This document shows, in pieces, positions 1-16,240 of a DNA stretch of 64,000 nucleotides (positions within the stretch are counted from its first letter, which is position 1; each line of letters opens with the position of its first letter). The notes under the pieces are model-generated. The model saw only the letters and a list, made by a program, of their open reading frames with translations, was not told where the DNA came from and made no database searches. The stretch comes from Parasitella parasitica NRRL 2501 (Eukaryota; Fungi; Mucoromycota), in contig MU619240.1 of NCBI GenBank assembly GCA_025201805.1, forward strand, positions 141,603-205,602, written 5' to 3'. The translations under genes were made by a program, and so were the position numbers.

Positions 1-7
1 ATTTTAC

Positions 8-375
8 CTATTCAGAATATTCACTCCATTCACTCGGTAGGCTGTCTGCTTCTTTGGCTTTGACTTTTTCTTGCTCATTTTTTGAGGCGATAAATCCGAC
101 GTAAAGTTAAGAAACAAGGCCTGGGTTGCAGGACGCTTATTACTGCTACTGCTACTGCTACTGCAGTGGTTTGAATAAGAGGTAGTCGAGGAGGAGGTTG
201 CAGCATCGCAGTCATCTTGCGAAGAATCTTCTTCAAAGTCCTCATCCTCTTCCATAGCCATCTCGAAATCCTGGTCATCCTCTTGAGCGGGTTTTTGCTT
301 GGGTGCAATTCTGTGCTGATTGATAATATGAGTCATGCTTTTATTTGAGTCGTCTTTGGTAGTGGCGCAAACCAT
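8..375 (-). CDS. First exon of a gene running off the window; possible bHLH transcription factor
   Basis: ATG at 375. Acidic/Ser-rich stretch, then basic KKKSKPKKQTAYRVNGVNILNR ending at a GT donor (~7). From memory, this motif precedes the basic region of Mucorales HLH proteins; the HLH domain itself is not in the window. Confidence 0.45.
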
Positions 376-1940
376 GAGAGACAAGGCTTGAATTATGGAC
401 GTTGCTACGACTTTAGTTCGAAATAGAAAGACAAAGCGAAATAGGAAACTTCCAAGCAGTAAGAAAAAAATAATAAAAAAAAAGGCGACAGAGAGAAGAG
501 AGATGTAATCGACCCTTTCACATGTTGGATTCTCTTTTTACGACTGCAATCAACGTTGAAAGGGAAGCCGCCGCTTCAAACGTGTTTCCCACGATCATAG
601 CCAATTGATTCCACATAATCCGTTCATCCTTTTGACCGATCTTCGGTCGTTACTCCGGAAAATAGTTCATTTCTTGTCTTGTGATGTTAATTTGTACTGA
701 TCTTTTACATTTCAGGTCATTATTTTCCACCTTTTCATATCTTTTACTTATGTAAATATGCGTTATATCTATATAAAAATACTTAATTTGTAGACAAAAA
801 GATTGCCTGACTGTTGGTCGGTTGTACCAACCATTTCATCTAACCAATGCTGATTTCATCGATTAAGACGGAGAAACTCATAAATTTTTGTTCAATGTAC
901 AGAAATTTTTTTTTTTTTGAAGAGAGATGCAAAATTACTTTTGTGCATTTCAATCTAAAAAAAAAACTAGATGATGCATCAAAAACAAGCAGATGTCGCC
1001 CTTTTCCTAGTTTATTTTAGATTGTCTATTCAAACCGGAGCTGTCCTCCAGAAGGTGATGTGATTTTTTTGCCTCAGACATTTCATATAAACAAGACTTA
1101 TTTATTGGGCCTTGTTTTCATTTGGATGGATCTCCATCGAGCAATTTGACCTTTCTGCTTTTTCTCAATGTATAATTGTAGGCCAACTGATTTCCTTTGT
1201 ATTTTCTCACGATAGCAGCCTTCTACTTGTCATAAATGCGAATGCACGGCTCTTTTTATGTTTGTGTCACGGAACTGATTGAGAATGAGGCATTTTTTAC
1301 TCATTCAACCAACTAAAAATCTGAGTGAAAAACTGCTAATGTCCAATCGTTTGTTGCATGTTTCTTTTTAGTACATTGTCATTATTTATAGGAACACATG
1401 GTTGTATCCATTTCGCCGTTGTTTCCCGGCAAAAAGATGTAAAGAAAAGCTAAGAATATGACCCGATTAATCTCTTTAATCTAATAAATTTGGCAATTGC
1501 GAAAATTAAATCTACATGGCAATAGTTTAATTGAATGCGCATTAGTGCATCGCATATTATATCATTGACATCCCAATTCCTTCTTGCTTATCCGTCAAAA
1601 AAACAACAACAAAAAATGCAGCTTTTTTTCATAGAATTCAAGCAATTTTCTTTGCAAAATAAAAGCATAGTTATAATTTTGATGTAGAGTATCATTACGA
1701 ATTAACATATACTTGATGAACTGCTTTTATACAGCCCAGTAATCCTTTGCAAAGTAACAAGTGGTAGTGGTACAAAAAAAACCTTAATTTTCAACCATCA
1801 TTGCTGATACTTGCTATTTACAATTCTGAAGTAGCCCAGATTACCAACAACAAACTTAAATAATGATAATGTGGTTTAAGTTTTATTACAATGAAAAAAA
1901 TATTCATACAAAAAAAAAAAAGACAGATAATATGTTATAA

Positions 1941-5074
<3,134 letters not shown>

Positions 5075-7367
5075 AATAGAAAAAAGAGTTTATATAAAAA
5101 AAAAGGGGGGGGGAGGAGAAGAAAGATGAAAGAGAGAGAGAAAGGTTTCAGCTGATATCTATCAATGTCAAAAAAAAGAAAAAATTATTCCTCTCCTAGA
5201 ACCAATTACATCGATCAAAACAATTCCACGTCATGAACCAAAGGCTCTTTCTATGAGTGTTTGTTTATACAGGAAGGAGAATGGTGAGGCTGGTCTCGAG
5301 GTCTATCTTTCCGTTACAAACATTGACTCATTCATTGTCATTTTATTGCATGCAATTCCGTTTTGCATGCGCTACCAATTGACAGGCACATTTAAGACAT
5401 CAAAAATCAGGTATAGCAGTAGCTGGCTGCTAAGAACTGTGTGCTAGCCACGTTTTTTCATAGATGTCAATCAAAAGTTGCAATGGAATACTTTATTTCA
5501 TCAAATAGAACGAAACAATGCATGAAATTCTGTCGTTTCAAGCCATAAAAGGAGAATTTTTCAAGTCTGTTTCGGATAGTCATCCAAAAATGTCGTGAAA
5601 TTGCTTTCAAGGGGTTCATAAGTGTTTATCAGACAAAGCTTGGTGTTAATATCACTCTGTGCCTCCTCTTTGCATAAAAAAATCTATATACGACAAATGC
5701 TTAAGCGTATTACAACCAATGCGGCTCGATAAACGAGTTATATACACTGTTGGCAATCAAAAAGAAAGTCAATAATGTAGCTAACAAATGTCATAATTCA
5801 AAATTATTTGATGTCAACAACGAGTTTAATAGATTCTACTTTATTCGCTCGTAATGATAGAAACAAGTTTGTAATCAGAACTATCATATACCGGCCATTT
5901 ATGCTCTCAATTGGCAACATTTGGAGTCAAGACTACGCAGTTTTAAAGGTGTTTTAGCATTTCAACGCGTCCAAACTATGAAAAATCCTTTTTCGTAGAC
6001 GAAATACATTATAAACAATCATTTCCTCTCTTTTCCTTGAATTTTTTTTGGTCATGATAAATTAGCATATTTTTGGTCATTTCGATCGTGTGAACACAAG
6101 GCGATCGACCCCAATTTTATAAAACCCCGATTTTTACCTCAAAATCGACACTTTTTACTAATGCATATATACATTCTATAGAGTTTCAAATATGACCTCT
6201 ATGTTATGGAATCAAAAACACATTGGTTTACTAAGTGGTATTTCGATTTTTTTGCAAAAATCGATTTTTGATCTTTTTCTTTCTTTCTCGGCGAGTTTTT
6301 ACTCAAATGCAATAATTTTAGCACTGTTTGATGCGCAATAGTTTTTTATATATATTCAAATAGGAATGTTATTATGGTTAACTTGATACATTTTCCTGAT
6401 ATTCACGAAAAACTAGAAATGTTGAATCGAAATGCAATTTTTTGAACCAGTTTTCGTTTTAATATTTAAATCCCGCTATCAGTGGTGGTTCTACCAACAA
6501 GTTGTGTCTGCCACACCAATATTATTATCCAAAAGGCAAAAAAACTCATGGGTATTCCGATAAAATCGTTAAACATTAAGTTGAGATATTAAGCATTGCG
6601 TATTTTGAAGATGTCCTGCCCCTAAAAATGACATTGATATGATAACAAGTGATATCTCATACAACGCGAATAAGTGCCACTACACGTCGTTTTAAACTTC
6701 TCATAAGTCAAGTGATCGAGCAAAAACTCGGCGCACAGCTAAAAGAACGAAGCTTCATGTCAGTGATTTGTATCTACTGTCAACATATAAATCCATTTAG
6801 CAGAGAAGTTTTCCCGATTCAAGATTATGAATATTTAATTACGGTTCAGGTGGAAAAAAGTGCCCAACACAACAAATAATGTGAAAAAGATGCTGATGCC
6901 CATCTTGCCAGGTATGAGGATTTTATCAATGCAACTGAAAATATCGTGTCTGTCTCTGAGGATGAATTTGATATCAAGGGAAAGATTTTCCCAATTATTA
7001 CTTCAAATAGGGCAGAAGAAACATAGTAAAGCATGGACTAATTATTATGCTAGTAAGATTCAAGGTTTCTCGTTATTTTCCCTCCATGAAATAAAGTTGA
7101 GGCAAGAATTGCAGATAAAAAATTATCACATAAATGTTGATGAATATATTCTTAAATTTTTGCGTTATCACTGCTGTTGAGGGCGTAAAACAAAGAAGAA
7201 AGAATTCAACTGAATACATATCGGCAACAACAAATCTGCATAAAAGTTCAAAATCGAAACTGATTCATAACCAACATACACACTGTGGCTTGTATAGGGC
7301 GAATATAAAATCAACCATTTATCTATTAAATTTTTTTGTTCTTCTATACATCTTTCGAAAAGTAGTT

Positions 7368-8572
7368 ATGGATATAAAGATACTATCACCTGTGCCAACC
7401 GCCAAAGTCAAAAATGATCGTATGGATGTCGATCAAGAAACTGTTCATTTAGTTAATCCTGGCGAGACAGTAACTACCGATCAACAATTCATGAGGTAAC
7501 AAAAAAAAAAGAGAGTTATACACTGAAACCATGACAACCCCAAGATACTGATAGTGCATGGGCAACAATAAAATAGGGGGCATGGTACGTACACTGATGG
7601 AGAAGGTACTGTTCTATCTTCAGTTGCTGGCGCAGTGGAAAGAGTCAACAAATTACTATCTGTCAGGCCTTTAAAAACACGTTATACTGCTGAAATTGGC
7701 GATATAGTAGTAGGTCGCATTACTGAAGTAAGCATCTCTATAAGACTAGAGCTTTCATGTTGCTAGTAGTCTAATTGATTTAAAACAGGTAGCTATGAGA
7801 AGATGGAAAGTTGATACCAATGCTAGACAAGATGCCAATCTTTTATTGAGCTCAGTTAGTCTTCCGGGCGGCGTGCAGGTATGTTGAAGATTTCTTTGTA
7901 CTGGCTACAATGTAACAAGCAACACATCTTGAATAGAGACGTAAAAACGAGGCTGATGAACTTCAAATGAGACAATTTTTCTCTGAGGGCGATGTTTTAG
8001 TGGTAAAATAAAACGCACATTTTTGATTTCGACACTGTAATAACGACAATGACTTAGGCTGAAGTACAAGCATTTTACGGAGATGGCACTATAGGTCTTC
8101 ATACTCGTGGATTTAAATTCTGCAAACTGAGAAATGGATCGTTTGTATGCGTACCACCTGTACTTGTCCAACGTTGTAAATCACAATTTCACTCTCTTCC
8201 TTGTGGCATTGATGTGATTCTTGGACTAAACGGATATATTTGGATTCACAAGAAATTCGAGATCACTGGTGATGAATCAGACCTTAATGTTTCTTATTCA
8301 AATGAAAACGATGTAAGTTTCTTTATTTAGATGAAAGCATCCGAGCAATTGACATGTATCGAACGTAGTCAATTACCGCAGAAGAGAGACAAGACATTGC
8401 TCGTGTCTCAAATTGCATTGCTGCATTAGCAAAGCAGTACATGTATATCAATGACACTATTATTGTTTACACATATGAAGCTTCTTTAGAATATACCGTC
8501 AAGGAATTACTCAATTTAGATGTTATTGAGTCAATCACTTCAGAAGCTAGTCTAAGGATGCACGAAAGTTAA
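7368..8572 (+). CDS. RRP4: Exosome complex subunit Rrp4 (S1/KH), multi-exon
   Basis: Spliced product contains [57 protein letters not shown] and [10 protein letters not shown]. Confidence 0.93.
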
Positions 8573-8695
8573 GATTTGAGGTAGCATCAACTCGAAAGCA
8601 TCCTTACTACTTTTTCTCTCTGTAAATACTATACATTTAATGAATCGATGATGGTTCCTTTTCTTTATTATTAAAAAATAAAAATGGTATACATT

Positions 8696-11600
8696 TTATG
8701 TGGCATCTCCCTCTTCCGTATCTGTTGGCTTCCATGAATCAGGAGATATCGATCCAGAAGCAGTTTCTTCGATGATAGTCCAATCTTGATCTTCTTCTCC
8801 AAAACTAGATGACTTGTGATCATCGCCTGCCTTGCTTGTCTTCAGTATAGACGACATTGTGCGAGCTTTGGCGAGTTCCATATCGCGATATATACATTGG
8901 ATAGCTGTATCCACACCAGTTTCCTACCCAAAGTGTTATAAAAGTGTGCAAACCAACTACAAGTTGTATAAACTTACTGTGCGTATCTTTTGACCGACAC
9001 GGTTAGCTACCTTGAGCATATTTGCATCAGTAGACACGACTCTCAGGGCAGCAGACAAGTTATCCACGGTCAGATTTTTGATACATCTGCCTAATCCCAT
9101 TTCTTCTACTCTTTCTCCCCAGAAGAACTGGTCTGCAAAAAATGGTTTAATGATGGTAGGTCTACCAGCTCGAAGGCCAGCGGCAGTTGTTCCCGCGCCA
9201 CCATGATGGACTACAGCTCGTATTTTGGGGAACAACCAATCATGAGGAACCGATTGCACGCTCATAATTGTACCTGGGTGTCTGCCAAGAATGTTTGCTT
9301 CTTCATCCACAGCACCTTGTTTGTGTCGAGATGACCAACCTCTAGATACGATAGCTCTGACGTCTGATAATAACACAGACTCAATGATAACCCGAGTGAT
9401 TTCAAGAGGATCCGAAACAATGATGGATCCAAATCCTATGTACACAATGGGCCTTTTATCTCGAGCTTCAATGAAAGCCTTCAATTCTGCATCAGGGTTC
9501 CAACCTGTCTGCGGATTGTCCAAAAACCAATATCCTGTGCAATGTATCCAGTCCAGCCAATCCAGCGGACTAGGGACAATGCTGGGACTAAAGGAATACA
9601 GATAGGGGATCTTCCATACCTCAAGTTTTTCGTAGCTGGTTGCAGGTAATCCCAGCGTCGTTTGTCTGAATGAATTTGTGCGTGCGGCAATTGCTCTCCA
9701 AATAGCATGGTCAAACAAGACATAGGTCATATCGTTATATAGTCTGCCTTTGGGATTATTAGGTGTAGCAAATGGGTGAGGAAATGATCTGGTGCGAGTC
9801 ATTGGCATTGGAAATGATCTGAAATATGGTACTCGTAGCGCTTCTGCCATATGGACTCCAATCATGGCGCTGGGGCTTTCAATAATAATCTCGGTCCCTT
9901 GCACCGCTTTCCATGATAGCGTAAGCAATTCATCGATCCAGTCTTTAAACTATATGTCAATACATAGATAAGTATGCGTGTATATCATGTTCACAATAAG
10001 ATGCAATTTCTTACAAGACGAAGACCTTCCACCACAAAATTGACACTGAAAAAGTTATTCTCGACACAAATCCTCTATGTAAAATGAAGAACCTAATGTC
10101 AGAAACATGCAAAAATTCATGCCATATTTGGAAGTCGCATACCATCAGTTCTCCTGGATCGCCCCCAACACTTCTGAATTCAATACCATGCTCTTCGATC
10201 CAGTCTTTAAACTCGTCGTGTGTAGCGATTCTGCACCGGTGTCCTTCCTTCATTAGCCCTTTGCAAAGCGCTATATATGGCTGGACATCACCTCTAGTGC
10301 CAATAGTGATACAGGTGAAATGGAGCGATTTTTCGGGCTTCTTATACACTATAGTTTCAGACTGTAGACGAGATAGCACTGGTAGATTACCGTTAGGCAC
10401 GACTCGACTGATAGTATCCTTTTGCTCATCTTCCATTAATCGAGCCTCCCAATCTTTGATTTTCCTGATATTGAAGAATTAAATAAACATTCAGAAGGTT
10501 ATCAAGTAAAAACCATACTTTTCTGCTTGATCGGGCTCAGTTTGACTTTCCAGTGACCTTTTATGTTGTAAAAAGAGTTTAGCAAAACAGCTGTTTCGTC
10601 GAGTGATGGATGAAAACTCAAGGTAGATTTCCTTCTTGTTTTGTGTCAGAATGCTGAGCGAATGGAAAATATAACCTCGGCTTCTTAATTTTTGGACTCG
10701 AACCACATCTTGGAAGGGAACAATCATCTGCAACACTGTCAGCACAAATATGCGCATTACATTAGGCTATCTTACCTTGGCTTTGGTAGCAAATCCTTTC
10801 GAATTGAACGAGATATAGTTTGAGGATATATAAAGCTTTCCATAGCAGGGCAATGTTTTCATTAATGAACATCGATAAACTACAAAGCATTGTTGGTCAC
10901 CATGGTTACATTAGAGTGTATATTATGAAATCTCACCTGTTAACAACTTTTCTGACTCTGGTAGAACAAAATATTTTTGAAAGTTGGTCATGGTACGGTC
11001 ATCTAGGACTTCTGCTTCGTCCGCACGTGGGCTACTGACTGTATCTAATCTGTAATTCTCTTCCTCATCATCATCGTCGTCTTCGTCTTCGTCCGCAACC
11101 AGGGCAGTAGCTGAGCTACCCACCGTTGTGTTTCCTCCTAACAGCCCATATACTAATTTCATGCCGGTTCGACGCTTTCCATCCAGCCATCCGAAAGACT
11201 GATCATCGTCATCTGAACTAGAAGAATCTTTCAGTTTATCAGAAGTTGCTGATTTGGTGGTTGATTTACTGGAAGATGCTGAGGGATACAGCAAATCTTT
11301 CAGTGCGCCGGGAACAGCGAGAGCATTTGCCATAACAGAATTAGATCGTTTTGGAGTAGGCATAGATCCTGTTGAAGATGCTGGGATTGTGATGGGTTGT
11401 GAATCTGCATCGTACAAATCAGAAATCGATAAGGAGGGCGAATTAGTAGTTGAGCCTTGTTCGGGTGTAAGTGAGTGCAGTTTCTCGGACGTATTTGAGT
11501 CATGAGGACAGCTATCCCATACTGATTTCAATAACCTGAATGTTGTTTCGATATCTGTAAAATAAGCGAAATAATACTAGAAGAGACGGAATGAGTATAT

Positions 11601-12929
11601 CAACTATCAAACATACACTTTTTACACACTTCATCCATAACAAAACTATCGTCTATTCCAACTGCCCTGATCTTAAGAAACTTTTGAAATTCAAACGCTT
11701 CCGTCTGCTCGATATCCAAGATATTTTCAAACGGTAATGTGATCTTCAAACTGCTGCCATTATTCTTTGCCCTAAATATAGCCTTTTGAAGAGCATTTGT
11801 CCTACCAAACAAAACATTTCAGTCAAATGCGCAATTTGTGCAGAAGATAAGCAATAAAAATTTACCATTCGATCATGGCTGCGTTTGTATCCGCCTGGAG
11901 ATGCCATGTTTTACTCATTGTCACTATTCGAAAACCATGCTCTCTTTTTTTCGATTGACGCAAAGCGATGGCATCTTTGAGATCAATCTTTCCCAATGGC
12001 GAATAAGAGTCTGTGGAACTTTCAAACCAAACTAGCACATCATCTTTAATATCAAAGAAGTATCGCTCATAGTTACTTTTCATTTTTCCAATCTTTCTCA
12101 ACAGTAGATAGCCAGATTTGTGAAAAGAAAGCTACAACAGTACTCTTCAGTTGAGAGCCAGATAAGTACAATAAGATGGCTTACTTACTTGGTTTTTGGG
12201 TAGTGAGGCATAAAAGCAGATGTGATTGTCAGTCAAATACATAAAACCAGGTACAATGGCAGATTGAACAATATAACATGGCCATTCTGCTCCACATCGA
12301 GACATCAGTACAAATACGGATCTGATATAAATCAGCCATTTACCTCCTTTTAGTGATTCTTTAGATGGGAGTTGAAATATGTTCATTAAGTTGTCTTCTA
12401 CAGTAAATTCATTCATCACAGAAGAGTTGGATGAGGACGTTGAGGTAGAGTCTTCGATCTTGGCACCTGTCGCTTCTGCCAGCAACTGTCTAATCTCATC
12501 AGGCTTTTCTGACGTAAATTTTGTGTCGTCGCTGCGATCCATGTTTGCTTCTGGAATATCCCAAGCGCTACTATTTGTTAGTATAGCTTCGGTAGAGCGT
12601 CGCAAGTCTATCGAAAAACATCAATCTAGGCTATCCTGTAAAAGGGCCAGCCTTCCTCCCTTTTTTTTTAAAAAAAAAAAACTATACCACTTGCTGAGCC
12701 TTTAGATTGTTGTCAATTTTAACATGTAAATTTTGAATAATAAATATCTTTTACCTTTCATGTCTTCTATTTCTTGTGTCTCAAACTACGTAAAAAAGGG
12801 TCGGTAAAGATAGAAGGGAAGAAAGAAAGAAGGAAGTAAAGATGGAAAGGAGGAAAAACAGTAATATGTACTTACGACTTGGGCAGCAGCTGATACGAAT
12901 TGCAAAACATTGTGATTTGCTTTATCCAT
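8696..12929 (-). CDS. ATG26: Sterol 3-beta-glucosyltransferase with GRAM-PH-GRAM and GT28/UDPGT domains, many exons
   Basis: TIGTRGDVQPYIAL, VYIGFGSI, VPHDWLFP, HHGGAGTTAAGLRAG, PFFADQFFWG, plus a PH domain (KSGYL...WTNALQKAIF). The 5' exons are inferred from splice signals. Confidence 0.92.
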
Positions 12930-15099
12930 TAATGTTGATCTTTGAGTTAAAGCGTAAAGAAAAAGGCAGAAAAAGAAAACATATTCATGCAATAATTATA
13001 CTTGGTTTGGTTGGATTCAACTTCCACATCTCGTGATTACGGTCATTCAAAAACTCGCAGGATGGTGGATCAGGCAGCTGCTCTTATTGTCACAAGCTAA
13101 ATCGGCTTTATGGCAGATACTTTTCTTTCGAGACGTGCAACTACTGTGAAAAATCAAAATGTTTTTACTGAAATAAAACAATATATATATACTACAAGAT
13201 ATCAATAGACTGTCTCTCAAATATTGTTGTTACTCAATATCATACGTTACTATTAAAACATTTGAAATAAGAAATAAAAAAAAGTAGCTTATGAATTTAT
13301 TCATAAAAATATTTCGATACAAAATAGAAATATCAGGGGAAAAGTTCTATCAATATGGCAAGAAAAAAAAAATTATGTTGAAGAGCTCTTGGAGGAGATA
13401 AAGTATGTATGGGATAGCCCTGATTGTGGTGGCATCAGAGAAGTATAAAATATGGCTTGTTGGTCTATTCTTTATGCAAAGGCATAGACATTTATATGCA
13501 CTTTTTTTGAATGAAAGTTGATCTGCCATTATTTAAGATAGAAAATCATTATAACGCACTTCAATTAAAAATTGTAGATTGTCGTTGTTAAACGGTATTT
13601 GTCGAAACAGGAGAATAAAGTTTCTGTTTGAAATCATGAAGGTTATCTGTAAAACGGATATGTGTTATTGACAAACATTAAGGTACTGTCGGATCAAAAA
13701 TGAGTAGCCTTGTAATATAATAATACATTGTACCCTGTCAAGGATAATGTTTCTTACAAATTACTTTCATCGATTAGTATTTAAATAAGTTCCCAAAAGT
13801 TTATGTAGTTGTAAAAGTATAAATAGCAGAGATGCAAAGTTGAATCTTTAATAAAGTAATCTCAAGTTTTCGCATCTCGTTAATACAACGTTTCATGTTA
13901 TACTTTTTTTTATTTTTGATCTTGCAGCTCTCAACGAAAGTTGCCAATCGTTAATGCTTAGACGTGAAACAGGAACAAGGTATGTACCAAATGACCTCGC
14001 TCTAGGGTATCCCCATATGTATGTTATATTGTATATCAATAGCTTATTCCCTGTCATTGTATACAAATAATTAACAGTCTAATAATTGCCTAATCTCATG
14101 CCTTTCTGGCACAACAATTCTTTTTAAAATCGAGGAAAATAAGCTTCAAGTTGTAATTGAAACTCTTGCAAGATTCTAGGCTTATTCAAAGACTACATTA
14201 AGATCAGAGATCGCGGGATGTTGGGGAGACATCTTACCCAATCTTCTCTTTAATGTAAAATAGAAGAATAGGTCTGTCCTGGAAATACTGTCATTTAATA
14301 ATCTTTGACACATCTTGTCAAACATCAGATGTTATATGGATAAACATTGATTAGGATATATTTTAGTATAGAGATCATATCTTATGTCAATGAAAGTCTT
14401 CAGTTTTGTATCTGGTTTTATTCAGAGAAAGCTTTATTCACTTTTTTCATATCACATTTACACAGCATTTCACTGCGCCCTTTACACTGGCACAACAGAC
14501 ATGATTATAATGCAAACTCGTATCAAAGAATGAACCTTCGGATTATGAAGTTTTATATGTATGAATATGAAAATTTGTGTTTTCTGCTGATAAAGTAAAG
14601 TTTAAAGATATCGACTTGCTCATAGAGATACTTTTATTAGATAGCGCTGATCTTTCGCTATGTTTTCCAAAATCTCAAATCTACGGTTCATTCTTAGAAG
14701 AGAAGTTATAATATGACTAAATGTCTGTAGTAGGTTATAGAAAAATATAAACTGTTTTTGTGCATGTTAATTTTTGATCGAGATATCGCCCAGAAGAGAT
14801 CAAGTGCTAAATTATATAGCCCCAATCATACCTAAAACAGGCTCTACGTTGGTTTGTATAAAAATTCACAAATACTCATTTATTTTCTTGTATGAAAAAG
14901 AAAGCTTTGTTTTCCGCCGACAACTTTGTTGTATAATACGTTTTTCTATTCATATTAACTTCAGGTCTTATCACGGTTCCATTATACGTCGGCTCATTTA
15001 GCAGAATCTATGGGGCCACAAAATGTATCTGTTAAGTGGAACAGTAGTAGATTTGACATTTTCAACGACAAAAATTAACGTTGAATTCGATTCGGGAAC

Positions 15100-16112
15100 G
15101 GTTGCCATGACAACGTAATTGAAATAACGGATATCAGTATACTTGCTATGGATATAACAAATATTACTGGAGATCAGCTAGCTGCTCATGTTCGTTGTGA
15201 AATAGACTTTCGGTCCAATTTAATCCCGAGCCCGCATCGCTAAAATAAGCGATTGTAAATGATGTGGGAATTTAGCAATGAATGAATATGTCACACTTGA
15301 TGATGATAATAAGAGAAACCTTACTTGGTTCTCATAGACTTCGAATATCAGCGCAACCTCGCAACGATAACTTTGGTTTGATCCTAACGAGGATAAAGAG
15401 CTGGAAGGCGTGGGTGAAGGTGACATCAATGACGCACTGCTTGATGGTGTTTTACCACAAGAACGTTACTTTTTAGCTATTGAGCTAAATAAACTAACAA
15501 AGAATGCGATGTTATAATCCATGAACCCCCTAATGTAATGGTACAAAATCGAGTTGTTCCTCAAGGCAAATGAGATCATCCAGTACCATGGGGAACAAGA
15601 GATCAGAAGCCAAGCAACTACCAGCGCAAAAATTCCATGTGATCCTAACACCAAATCCAACATTGCCCATATTGGTCTAATGTAGATGAGTAAAGTGTGG
15701 GCAATAATGTGCTGATTTGCATATGAAAATGCACATCTCAGCAAATGTTCAGGGGTTTCGCTTAACAAGAGGGGCCTTGCCTCTTGACACATTCAAATCT
15801 TGGTTCATTGGCTCTAGTTTTGTTCTGCTTTTGACTGTTTCACGACGTTACAAATCAATTTGTCACAAGTTTCACAAGATAAAGACATGGTAACCCAAAG
15901 ACTAGCCAACGCTGGGTCGAGGTACAAAGTGTAATCTACAGAAACATAATTGATAATGATGTACTTGGATCTTTCCACATTAGCACATCCGTAAAAAGGG
16001 CTAAACATTTAATCGCTGGGCCGAGTTGTCTAAGATTGTTCAATACAAGCGGTGATACACTCTCTGCTTCTTTGAAGTCACTAGTAAAGAAGTCCTTGTC
16101 ATTATTAAACAT
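15100..16112 (-). pseudogene. Decayed Pex24p/Pex30-like (reticulon-like plus dysferlin) peroxin gene
   Basis: Fragments DVLMWKDP, hydrophobic ...CSPWYW and FEVYENQ|R..LG.NWTE (the last after a frameshift). In-frame stops at 15936-38 and 15855-57 and frame changes. The 3' boundary is approximate. Confidence 0.55.
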
Positions 16113-16240
16113 TATACTATATGAACAGGAAGAATGGGTGATGAAAATCAACCTTGGTCAAAGGATTTCATTTTATTTGTGAAAAAAAATGACATGGTGG
16201 GCTCCTTTGCTTCCAATGAGTTATGAGGAAGATGGCTTAA

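Noticed and set aside
5075-5160. Possible non-AUG mitochondrial extension of ALA1, as in yeast
   Set aside because: The upstream sequence is a pyrimidine-rich leader with no presequence-like reading.
13100-14900. Short ORFs in the AT-rich intergenic stretch (also 44200-45000, 59000-59900, 63196-63491)
   Set aside because: Low-complexity translations with no motifs and no consistent splice structure.
15855-15938. Stop-codon recoding or A-to-I repair producing an intact peroxin
   Set aside because: Additional stops and frameshifts cannot be fixed by editing. All intact genes here use the standard code.
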